From contig JBDGZR010000014.1 of NCBI GenBank assembly GCA_039588495.1, positions 1-58,707 on the forward strand: 58,707 nt of DNA. Reading direction: 5' to 3'. Source of the stretch: Gemmatimonadota bacterium (GTDB taxonomy: Bacteria; Gemmatimonadota; Gemmatimonadetes; Palauibacterales; Palauibacteraceae). Positions within the stretch are counted from its first letter, which is position 1. Each line of letters begins with the position of its first letter. Under the pieces are notes generated by a model. It worked only from the letters and a program-made list of their open reading frames with translations. It made no database searches and had not been told where the DNA came from. Below are positions 1-8,013 of this stretch, piece after piece. A program made the position numbers and the translations under genes.

Positions 1-1257
1 AAGGGGCTCTTCTTCCTCGCCGCGGTCCTGCTGGCGGTGTTCTGGTTCGTGGGCTTGTTCGGTGCGGGGTCGCTGGTCGACGTGCTCGAGGTGGGTGGCT
101 TCAGCCAACGACTGAATCCGTTGGCCATCCAAGCCACCGACAAGGTGCTCCCCTTCCCTCACGAGCATGCGCGAGAGCTGATCGTGCAGCCGATCGCCCT
201 TCCAATCTCGCCGGCGCACGAAGTGGAGATCGGCACGCTGGAAAAGACGGCGATCGTTCCGGAGTACACGCTGCCTCCGGGTGTAACGCTGAGCCCGATT
301 CAGGGGGTGTCCCGCTTCCTGCACGACTTCCTGGTCGGTAAGTACGGGGCGATCACGATGGCCCTCAGCTACGCCTTCGCGATCGTGCTGCCGATCGTCA
401 CGACCTTCTTTCTCGTCTTCAGCATGCTCGAGGACTCCGGGTACTTCCCGCGGATGGCGATCATGCTCAACCGCAGCTTCCGCCGGATCGGTCTGAACGG
501 GAAGGCCGTTCTGCCGATGATCCTCGGGCTGGGTTGCGCGACGATGGCCACGATGACGACGAGGATCCTGGAGACCCGCAAGGAGCGTCTGGTGACGACC
601 ATGCTCCTGGCGCTCGCCGTCCCCTGCTCGGCACAGCTCGGCGTGCTCCTGGCCATGATGGCGACGCTCTCCCCGATGGGGGCCGTGGCGTGGCTGGGCC
701 TGGTGGCGGGCATCCTGCTGGCCGTGGGCTGGCTCAGCGCCCGCGTCTTCGGGGGCGAGACGAGCGAGTTCATACTGGAGATCCCTCCGATCCGTCGCCC
801 TCAGCTCTCGAACGTGATCGTGAAGACGCTCAGTAGGCTGGAGTGGTACCTGAAGGAGGTGATCCCGATCTTCGTCGTGGGTACGGCGGTTCTCTTCCTC
901 CTGGACAAGCTCCGGCTTCTGGACTGGATCTCGAGGGCCGGAGAGCCGCTGATCGCCGGCTGGCTGGGCCTGCCGGCCGAGATGTCCAACGCCTTCCTGG
1001 TGGGCTTCATGCGCCGGGACTTCGGCGCCGTCTACGTGCTCGACGCCGTGCAGGCCTCTGAGCCGCTTCTCACCCAATTGCAGATCTTCGTCGCCATGGT
1101 GACGATCACCCTGTTCATGCCTTGCGTCGCGACCTTCCTGATGATCGCCCGCGAGCACAGCACGAAGGCCGCGCTCCGCATGTCGGCGTTCATCTTCCCG
1201 TTCGCCTTCCTGGTGGGCGGGCTCGTCTACAGGCTCGGACGATGGCTCCCCCTCTAG
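1..1257 (+). CDS. feoB: Ferrous iron transporter FeoB, C-terminal membrane portion; the 5' end lies outside the window
   Basis: The frame is open from nt 1 and stops with TAG at 1255-1257. It is polytopic and hydrophobic, with FeoB gate-domain-like stretches (GLGCATMATMTTRILETRKERLVTTMLLALAVPCSAQLGV). It is followed by a FeoA-domain gene. Confidence 0.9.
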   Translation, partial: KGLFFLAAVLLAVFWFVGLFGAGSLVDVLEVGGFSQRLNPLAIQATDKVLPFPHEHARELIVQPIALPISPAHEVEIGTLEKTAIVPEYTLPPGVTLSPIQGVSRFLHDFLVGKYGAITMALSYAFAIVLPIVTTFFLVFSMLEDSGYFPRMAIMLNRSFRRIGLNGKAVLPMILGLGCATMATMTTRILETRKERLVTTMLLALAVPCSAQLGVLLAMMATLSPMGAVAWLGLVAGILLAVGWLSARVFGGETSEFILEIPPIRRPQLSNVIVKTLSRLEWYLKEVIPIFVVGTAVLFLLDKLRLLDWISRAGEPLIAGWLGLPAEMSNAFLVGFMRRDFGAVYVLDAVQASEPLLTQLQIFVAMVTITLFMPCVATFLMIAREHSTKAALRMSAFIFPFAFLVGGLVYRLGRWLPL

Positions 1258-1718
1258 GCGCGGCGGAGCTGCCGCCGACCGCGGCACCGGGTGCCCTGGT
1301 CACCTGCCCGATGTGCGGGTACGAGTTCGATCGGGATGACACCCTGTGCGGACACGGCTGCCCGCTCGGCTCTCTGTGCAACCTCGTCCGCTGCTCCAAC
1401 TGCGAGTACGAGTTTCCGGACGCGCCGCGCCGGAGGTCATGGCTCAGGAAGTTTCTGTCGCGCTCGATGAGGCCCGCGAGGCTGCCGCCCGACGTGCGGG
1501 CGGTGAGCGCGCTCGCCCCCGGCGAAGCCGCCACGGTGGTGTGCCTGGGCGAGCGGAACGGCGCCCGCTACGGGACGCTGTCGGTCTTCGGCATCGTGGC
1601 CGGCGCGGAGGTGACCCTCATCCAACGCCGGCCGGCCTGCGTCGTGAGAATCGGTGAGACCGAGCTCGCACTCGATCCGGAGATCGCCGCCGATCTTCTC
1701 GTGAGGCCCTCCGTCTGA
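1242..1718 (+). CDS. FeoA-domain protein with an N-terminal Cys-rich zinc-ribbon-like segment
   Basis: ATG at 1242 overlaps the feoB 3' end. N-terminal segment: CPMCGYEF..CGHGCPLGSLCNLVRCSNCEYEF (8 Cys). C-terminal FeoA/SH3-like segment: VVCLGERNGARYGTLSVFGIVAGAEVTLIQRRPACVVRIGETELALD. Confidence 0.75.
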   Translation: MAPPLGAAELPPTAAPGALVTCPMCGYEFDRDDTLCGHGCPLGSLCNLVRCSNCEYEFPDAPRRRSWLRKFLSRSMRPARLPPDVRAVSALAPGEAATVVCLGERNGARYGTLSVFGIVAGAEVTLIQRRPACVVRIGETELALDPEIAADLLVRPSV

Positions 1719-1752
1719 GCCGCGGCTCACGTCGCCGTGGCCCTCCGCTCGA

Positions 1753-3267
1753 TTACATCTTCTGCCAGTCTTCCGACTGCTCGAACGCCCAGGCGGCGCG
1801 GTAGATCGTCCCCTCCTCGTACTGCCCTCCGACGAGCATCAGTCCGACCGGCAGGTCGCCGCTCAGCCCACAGGGCACGGACATGGCCGGGTGGCCCGTG
1901 ATGTCGAACTGCTGGGTGTTCACGAGCATCTCGAGGCCGCGCTGGATCACCACCGCGCGGGAGGCGTCGGGTGGAGGCAACGGCGGCGCGACCATCGGCG
2001 TGGTCGGCATGAGGAGGAGGTCGAAATCGGAGAGCACCTCGTCGTAGGCCCCTCGAAGCTGTCGCCGTAGGTTGGTCGCCTTCGCGTAGTAGCGCCCCCG
2101 GTAGCGCCAAAGGCCGTACTGGCCAGCCAGCATGAAGAGCTGGAGCGTCTCGGGCAGCTCCCCGGTTCGCTCCCTCCATCCCTCGCATGCCTCGCGGAGG
2201 CTCGGCACGGCGAGTCCCTGCTGGTTCTGGCCGAAGCCGTAGTCCCACATCATCTGCCGCATGGCACCCTCGGCGGCGATCGGGATGAATATGGCGGCGC
2301 CGGCCAGGTGCATGGGGATCGAAACCTCCCCGACCTCGGCGCCCAGCTCCCGGAGGCGCTCGGCGGCCCTCAGCACCGCGGCATCCACTTCGGGCTCCGA
2401 GGTCGGCGTGCCGAAGCCCTCTTTTACGACCGCGATTCTCAGCCCGACCGCCCCCCCGCCGGCCACCTCCGTATACGCTTCCGGCCCGACCCCCTTCTGG
2501 CGACCGTCGATCCCATCGGGGCCGGCGATGACCTCGAGAAGCAGAGCGTTGTCGTGCACGCTGGCCGTCATGGGTCCGGCATGATCGAAGGTGCTCTCGA
2601 TGGACATGATCCCGGTGTAGGGCACGAGGCCGTGCGTCGGCTTCATGCCGTAAATGCCGCAGAAGGAGGACGGGAGACGTATGGAACCGCCCTGGTCGCC
2701 ACCGATCGCCATCTCCACCTCGCCGGCCGCCACCAGCGCCGCGGAACCCGAAGAGGAGCCGCCGGTCGTATGAGTGGGGTTTCTCGGATTCAGCGTCGGT
2801 CCCTGGGCGCAGGTGTGGCTGCCACCCGATACGCAGAAGTTCTCGCACACCGCCTTCCCGACGATCACACCCCCGGCGTCCAGGATCCGGGTCACGATCG
2901 TCGCATCCACCTCGGGCACGTATCCCTCGAGGATGGAGGTGCCGCCCGCCATCGGGACTCCGGCGAGGCAGATACAGTCCTTGAGGACCACCGTCCGCCC
3001 GGCCAGCGGGCCCTCCGGCGCACCCTGAACGGTCGTCTTCACGTACCAGGCCCCGTACTCGTTCTCGTCGCCCTCGGGCCTGTAACCCGACTCGCGTGGA
3101 TACCGCACGTCGGGCAGGTAGTCCGGCATAGCATCCACGGCCTCGTACGCGGCGAAGACATCCGCCATGAGCTCGCGGAACTCGCCCAGGTCGGTGTCCG
3201 TCAGCTCGAGGCCGAGCTGACTCGCGACCTCGCGCATGTCCGACATGCTAGGAGCATCGAAAGCCAT
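1753..3267 (-). CDS. Amidase (amidase-signature family)
   Basis: 504 aa. Contains the GGSSSGSAALVAAG amidase-signature motif. AAAGGAGAG Shine-Dalgarno sits just upstream of the ATG at 3267. Confidence 0.9.
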   Translation of the reverse strand: MAFDAPSMSDMREVASQLGLELTDTDLGEFRELMADVFAAYEAVDAMPDYLPDVRYPRESGYRPEGDENEYGAWYVKTTVQGAPEGPLAGRTVVLKDCICLAGVPMAGGTSILEGYVPEVDATIVTRILDAGGVIVGKAVCENFCVSGGSHTCAQGPTLNPRNPTHTTGGSSSGSAALVAAGEVEMAIGGDQGGSIRLPSSFCGIYGMKPTHGLVPYTGIMSIESTFDHAGPMTASVHDNALLLEVIAGPDGIDGRQKGVGPEAYTEVAGGGAVGLRIAVVKEGFGTPTSEPEVDAAVLRAAERLRELGAEVGEVSIPMHLAGAAIFIPIAAEGAMRQMMWDYGFGQNQQGLAVPSLREACEGWRERTGELPETLQLFMLAGQYGLWRYRGRYYAKATNLRRQLRGAYDEVLSDFDLLLMPTTPMVAPPLPPPDASRAVVIQRGLEMLVNTQQFDITGHPAMSVPCGLSGDLPVGLMLVGGQYEEGTIYRAAWAFEQSEDWQKM

Positions 3268-3352
3268 TCCATCTCTCCTTTCGGCTGTTACATGAGCGGC
3301 GACCGGCGTGGTTCTAAGCTCTCCGCCTGGGCCCGGAGCTCACCGAGCCGCA

Positions 3353-4261
3353 TCACTCCACCAACGCCGAGTAGGCGGCCGCGATCCGTGCGGCGACGCG
3401 TGCGTTATCCTCCAGAAGCGCGATGTTCACGTCCAGCGTGCGCCCGGCGCTCCCGGCGGCGAGGCGGTCCAGCAGGAACGGCGTTACCTCCTTGCCTCGA
3501 AGCCCCCTCTTTTCGGCCGCTTCAACCGCTGCCGCTACCAGCGACTCCAACTCCGCGGGATCCAAAGCCGAACCGGCCGGCGGTGGGTTGCAGAACAGGA
3601 CGCCGCCCGGCAGGCCAAGCCGGCGCAGGCGCGCGATAAGCCCGGCCGCCTCCTCGGGGGAGTCCGCCCGATGCTCCAGCCCGAGGCCGCTGCTGCGCGC
3701 ATAGAAGGCAGGGAAGCTGCCGGTGCCGTATCCGACCACCGGCACCCCCAGTGTCTCGAGGGCCTCGAGCGTGAGAGAGAGATCCAGAACGGCCTTCGCG
3801 CCCGAGCAGACGACGGCGACCGGAGTGCGCCCGATCTCGGCCAGGTCGGCCGAGATGTCCATGCTTCGCTCGCCGCCCCGGTGCACGCCCCCGATACCAC
3901 CGGTGGCCATCACGGCGATGCCGGCGCGGCCCGACGCGAAGGCCGTGGCGGCAACGGTCGTGGCGCCCGCCGAACCCGATGCTGTCAGCGCAGCCAGGTC
4001 GCGCGTGGTCGCCTTGGCGATCCCCTCCCCCTCCGCCAGAGAGGCGACCTCCTCGGCGGACACCCCGATGACCACCGACCCTCGGAGCACCGCCACCATC
4101 GCGGGCACGGCACCTTCCTCTCGCACCGCGGCTTGCATCCGCTCCGCGGCCTCGAGGTTCCGTGGCGAGGGAAGGCCGTGCGCGATCACGGTACTCTCGA
4201 GGGCGACCACGGCGGCTCCAACGTCCAGAGCATTCGCCACTTCCGGACGAACGTCGATCAA
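3353..4261 (-). CDS. psuG: Pseudouridine-5'-phosphate glycosidase
   Basis: VVALESTVIAHGLP and GGIGGVHRG motifs, colinear with E. coli YeiN as I recall it. TTG at 4261 has AAGGAG 6 nt upstream. The alternative GTG at 4312 would overlap psuK by 29 nt. Confidence 0.88.
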   Translation of the reverse strand: MIDVRPEVANALDVGAAVVALESTVIAHGLPSPRNLEAAERMQAAVREEGAVPAMVAVLRGSVVIGVSAEEVASLAEGEGIAKATTRDLAALTASGSAGATTVAATAFASGRAGIAVMATGGIGGVHRGGERSMDISADLAEIGRTPVAVVCSGAKAVLDLSLTLEALETLGVPVVGYGTGSFPAFYARSSGLGLEHRADSPEEAAGLIARLRRLGLPGGVLFCNPPPAGSALDPAELESLVAAAVEAAEKRGLRGKEVTPFLLDRLAAGSAGRTLDVNIALLEDNARVAARIAAAYSALVE

Positions 4262-4283
4262 GTCCCGCTCCTTGTGAGGGCGC

Positions 4284-5246
4284 TCACGGCGAACGCCAGG
4301 GCTGGTCCGCACGATCCTCTCGAGCGCGTTCGATCACGCGGTCGGAGGAGAGCATGGACAGGTTGCCCCCCCTTTCGAGGACGAGGCTGGCGGCAGCCAG
4401 GCCGAGCTGGAGCGGATCACCTCGCCTCCCGGGCAGGCCGAAGATGTAGCCGGCGATGAGAGCGTCGCCGGCACCGGTCACGTCGCTGAGCGGCCCCTGG
4501 GGCGTGATAGCCGGGACCGCTTCGCATCGGGCCTCATCGACCACGAAAACGCCCTCGGCGCCGAGCGTGACGACCACCGCGCCCGGGCCCATCTCCAGGA
4601 TCCGCCCGGCCGCCCCCGCAACCTGATCCTCGCTGGTCACCGCCGGCATCCTGCTGAGCGCGCCCGCCTCGTGACGATCCGGGAAGAGCACATCGACTTC
4701 GGAGAGTACGGGCCTCAGCCGCTCCGACTTGGCCACCGACACCGGATCGGCCAACACCGTCGTGCCGGCCTGCTTCGATGCGACGAGCGCAGAGAGCGCT
4801 GCGGCCGGAAGGTTGGCATCGACGAACCAGATCCCGCGATCCGACAGAGCCGGGGCAAGGCCTTCGGCCCAGGTCGGGTCAGCCTCCTCGAAGATCTCCA
4901 TGTCGGCGAGGCCGAACTCGAGACGACCGCTCGGGCCGAGCACGGCCGTGTAGGCGCCCGTCGGGTGGCGCGCGGAGCGCGTGACGCCGGCGACGTCCAC
5001 GCCTGCATCGTCCAGGCCACCCATGAGGATCCGCCCCGCCTCGTCTTCCCCGACGATCGAGAAGAGCGCGACATCGCACCCGAGCCGGGCAAGGGCCTCG
5101 GCCACGTTGCGTGAGACGCCCCCCGGCTTGAGGGTAGAAACGACCGGATTCGACGTTCCGGGCCTGAGCGGGCCGGAGGTCTGGACACGGCGATCCATGC
5201 TCGTGCCCCCGACGCAAGCGATCGAGGAGGAACCCGGCTCTGACAT
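4284..5246 (-). CDS. psuK: Pseudouridine kinase (PfkB carbohydrate-kinase family)
   Basis: PfkB motifs (VGGTSMD near the N-terminus, DVTGAGDALIAGY near the C-terminus). It lies immediately upstream of psuG on the same strand. The start is taken at the ATG at 5246 (alternative 5255); the ORF extends to 5384 but that part is not protein-like. Confidence 0.85.
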   Translation of the reverse strand: MSEPGSSSIACVGGTSMDRRVQTSGPLRPGTSNPVVSTLKPGGVSRNVAEALARLGCDVALFSIVGEDEAGRILMGGLDDAGVDVAGVTRSARHPTGAYTAVLGPSGRLEFGLADMEIFEEADPTWAEGLAPALSDRGIWFVDANLPAAALSALVASKQAGTTVLADPVSVAKSERLRPVLSEVDVLFPDRHEAGALSRMPAVTSEDQVAGAAGRILEMGPGAVVVTLGAEGVFVVDEARCEAVPAITPQGPLSDVTGAGDALIAGYIFGLPGRRGDPLQLGLAAASLVLERGGNLSMLSSDRVIERAREDRADQPWRSP

Positions 5247-5462
5247 GCCCCACATCCTCTCGTGCGCGAGCCCGTCGGGCAACGGAGGGAGCCCTTCCCT
5301 CATCCACTGCCCCGAGCCATCATTCGTCCCTTGCCCACTCACGCCGAGGACGGCGATGTCCGGCAGCCCCGGTTTTTTCCGCAAGTGAGTGATAGAGGCC
5401 CACCGGTTGACCCGGCAACCGACCCGGCAACCGATTCGAGACGAGACCAGAGGAGACAGAGT

Positions 5463-7235
5463 ATGAAGTTCGGTGACATGGCGGGATCAGACGTCCAGCG
5501 TCGCAGTCCGGTGTTGGGAGGGCTGACCGGAGCGGTTTTTCTCTCCTTGGCTGTCCTGGTGGCGGCCTGCGCGGACCGTTCGGCGGGAGATGGAGAGGAG
5601 GGGGACGCACCATCGGCGGGTGAGGCAGGGGCCGGCGAGCTGGACGCAGCCATGCTCGTGGCGCGCTACGCCGCGCCGGTCGAGGGCCAGCCGGGCTCCG
5701 TGACGCTTTACGACGACCTCGGAGCCTACCATAAGGAGATCACGACGAGCTCGTCCGAAGCCCGGGGCTACTTCGACCAGGGACTGCGGCTCCAGTACGC
5801 GTTCAACCACGCCGAGGCGATCCGCGCCTACGAGGAGGCGCTCCGCTACGATCCCGACTGCGCGATGTGCTGGTGGGGAATCGCGCTGGCCTCCGGCAAC
5901 AACATCAACGCGCCGATGGACCCGGAGAGCGGGCGAAGAGCCTACGCGGCAGCTCAGCGGGCGTTGGAACTGGCCGACGACGCGAGTGCCGGCGAGCGTG
6001 CCCTCATCGAAGCCCTTACCCATCGCTACGGCCTCGACCCGGAGGCGGAGCGGGTCGCTCTCGACTCGGCCTACGCGCGTGCGATGGGCGGCGCGGCCGA
6101 ATCGCATCCCGAGGATGGCGACGTGCTCACGCTCTACGCCGCCTCGCTCATGAACCTGAGCCCGTGGGCCTACTGGGAGGGGGAGGAGCCGCGGCCGGGC
6201 ACGGACGAGATCGTGGGGTCGCTTACTCGAGCGCTTGAGCTCGATCCGGACAATCCCGGCGCCTGCCACTACTACATCCACTCCGTGGAAGCCGCGTTCC
6301 CGGAGCGCGCGGTCGAGTGCGCCGATCGGCTGGCGGCCCTCATGCCGGGAGCCGGCCACATCGTCCACATGCCCGGCCACATCTATATCCGCGTCGGCCG
6401 CTACTCCGATGCGGTCCGCGCGAACGAGCACGCCGTGCACGCGGACGAGGGATACATCCAGGATCAGCGACCGGTGGGCCTGTATCCGAGCGCCTACTAC
6501 CCGCACAACTACCACTTCATGTGGTTCGCCGCGACGATGGCGGGCATGAGCGAGAAGGCGATCGACGCCGCCCGAACGGTGGCTCCCAAGGTGCCGCACG
6601 ACGTGGCGGAGCAAATCTACTGGATCCAGACCGTGCTTGTCCTTCCGCAGCTCGCCTATCTGACTTTCGGTCGCTGGGAGGACGTGCTCGAAGCTCCGAT
6701 GCCCGCATCGGATCTTCATACGGCGACCACGATGGCACACTACGCGCGCGGCATCGCCTTTGCCGCGACGGCGCAGGGCGCGGAGGCGGCGGCCGAGCTC
6801 GACGCGATCGATCTTCTCATGGCCGAGCAGGCAATCCCGGAGGACGAGCAGGGTCCGAACGCCGTCATCATGATCGCTCGGCACTCTCTGGCCGGCGAGA
6901 TCGCGCTACGCAACGCAGACGCGGCGGGCGCGGTCGAGCACTTCCGCGCGGCAGCCGAGATCGAGGACGGCATGATCTACGAGGAGCCACCCCTCTGGTA
7001 TCTTCCGGTGCGTCACTCGCTCGGCCGCGCACTTCTCGAGGCAGGGCTCCCGGCCGAAGCCGAGGAAGTCTACCTGCAGGATCTCGAGCGCTTCCCCGAG
7101 AACGGCTGGGCACTGTTCGGGCTCACGCAGGCTCTGCGGGCACAGGGGAAGGCCGCCGCGGCGGACGAGGCGGAGGGCCGGTTCCGCGAAGCCTGGTCAG
7201 GAGCCGACGTGGAGCTCACCGCGTCGAGGTTCTGA
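5463..7235 (+). CDS. Lipoprotein with TPR-like repeats, function unknown
   Basis: ATG at 5463. Signal/lipobox-like LSLAVLVAAC. Helical repeat-like segments (EAIRAYEEALRYDPDCAMCWWG...). G/C third-position bias holds throughout. Confidence 0.8.
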   Translation: MKFGDMAGSDVQRRSPVLGGLTGAVFLSLAVLVAACADRSAGDGEEGDAPSAGEAGAGELDAAMLVARYAAPVEGQPGSVTLYDDLGAYHKEITTSSSEARGYFDQGLRLQYAFNHAEAIRAYEEALRYDPDCAMCWWGIALASGNNINAPMDPESGRRAYAAAQRALELADDASAGERALIEALTHRYGLDPEAERVALDSAYARAMGGAAESHPEDGDVLTLYAASLMNLSPWAYWEGEEPRPGTDEIVGSLTRALELDPDNPGACHYYIHSVEAAFPERAVECADRLAALMPGAGHIVHMPGHIYIRVGRYSDAVRANEHAVHADEGYIQDQRPVGLYPSAYYPHNYHFMWFAATMAGMSEKAIDAARTVAPKVPHDVAEQIYWIQTVLVLPQLAYLTFGRWEDVLEAPMPASDLHTATTMAHYARGIAFAATAQGAEAAAELDAIDLLMAEQAIPEDEQGPNAVIMIARHSLAGEIALRNADAAGAVEHFRAAAEIEDGMIYEEPPLWYLPVRHSLGRALLEAGLPAEAEEVYLQDLERFPENGWALFGLTQALRAQGKAAAADEAEGRFREAWSGADVELTASRF

Positions 7236-7273
7236 CCTCCACGTCCGACGATACCCGAGGGACGGGAGGAGAG

Positions 7274-7861
7274 ATGGAGAAGACGGCGGCAGGGCTCGCT
7301 CCCGTGATCACGGCCGAGAGGGCGGAGAAGATCCGAACGGCGGTGGAGCGAGGCATGCAGGTCATGGAGCGGCGTGACACGGTCGGCCGAGGCACCGCGA
7401 TCACCAGGGTGCGCACGATCGATGGCTTGACCTGCGAGGTGGAGGACGGATCCTGGAACCTCACCGTGGACATGAGCTCCAAGGGGGGAGGCGAGGGCCG
7501 GGGACCGGACCCTGGTGTGCTGGGTCGTGGCGCGCTCGGCTCCTGCCTGGCGATCGCGTACGGCATCTGGGCCTCCCGGCGCGGCGTCCCGATCACGGCG
7601 CTCGAGGTCGAGGTACAGGCCGATTACGACGTGCGTGGGCAGTACGGCATGGATGAGAGCGTCCCGGTCGCCTACGGCGAAGTCCGCTACGTCATCTCGG
7701 TCACGAGCGACGCGCCCGAGTCCGAGGTTCTCGCGGCCCTCGAGGACGCCGAGGCGCACTGCGTGTACCTGAAGATCTTCACGGAGCCGCAGCGCGTTCG
7801 CCGCGAGGTCAGGTACATGAGGCCCGAAAGCCGGGCGGGAGGAACGCAACAGGATGGATGA
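7274..7861 (+). CDS. OsmC/Ohr family protein
   Basis: ATG at 7274 with GGGAGGAGAG upstream. OsmC-like pattern with two Cys (GALGSCLAIAYG ... EAHCVYLK). Only the 3' third of track ORF 6317..7861 is protein-like. Confidence 0.85.
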   Translation: MEKTAAGLAPVITAERAEKIRTAVERGMQVMERRDTVGRGTAITRVRTIDGLTCEVEDGSWNLTVDMSSKGGGEGRGPDPGVLGRGALGSCLAIAYGIWASRRGVPITALEVEVQADYDVRGQYGMDESVPVAYGEVRYVISVTSDAPESEVLAALEDAEAHCVYLKIFTEPQRVRREVRYMRPESRAGGTQQDG

Positions 7862-7899
7862 CAGACTCCAACGCCGGATTCAGCGCTAAGGCTGGGACA

Positions 7900-7922
7900 G
7901 GTCGGCCGAAACCGGCCTGACC
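7900..7922 (+). terminator. GC-rich hairpin downstream of the OsmC-family gene
   Basis: GGTC-GGCCG / CGGCC-(T)-GACC: 9 bp stem with a 1-nt bulge and an AAAC loop, 39 nt after the stop. There is no clear U-tract. Confidence 0.4.
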
Positions 7923-8013
7923 GCGTCTCCGTAGTTGATGGCATGACTCGCCCCCGTGCGGGCGCGGGTCCAGAAGCGGGACGGGCTGGCAACCAACGGC
8001 GGCGAGCGGAGAG

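Noticed and set aside
1727-3639. ORFs 1727..2848 (-, 373 aa) and 2308..3639 (+, 443 aa) overlapping the amidase and psuG
   Set aside because: They are off-frame or antisense shadows of the amidase-signature gene. Their composition is dominated by R/G/P/A, with no recognisable domains.
5262-5462. N-terminal extension of the TPR lipoprotein ORF; likewise 19560..19823 for Hcy methyltransferase 1 and 29373..29573 for the dienelactone hydrolase
   Set aside because: The extensions are non-protein-like and precede obvious signal peptides or domain starts. Internal starts have better SD support.
6317-7273. 5' two-thirds of track ORF 6317..7861
   Set aside because: It overlaps the TPR lipoprotein gene in another frame and is R/G-rich. 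Only the part from ATG 7274 (with an SD, OsmC-like) is credible.
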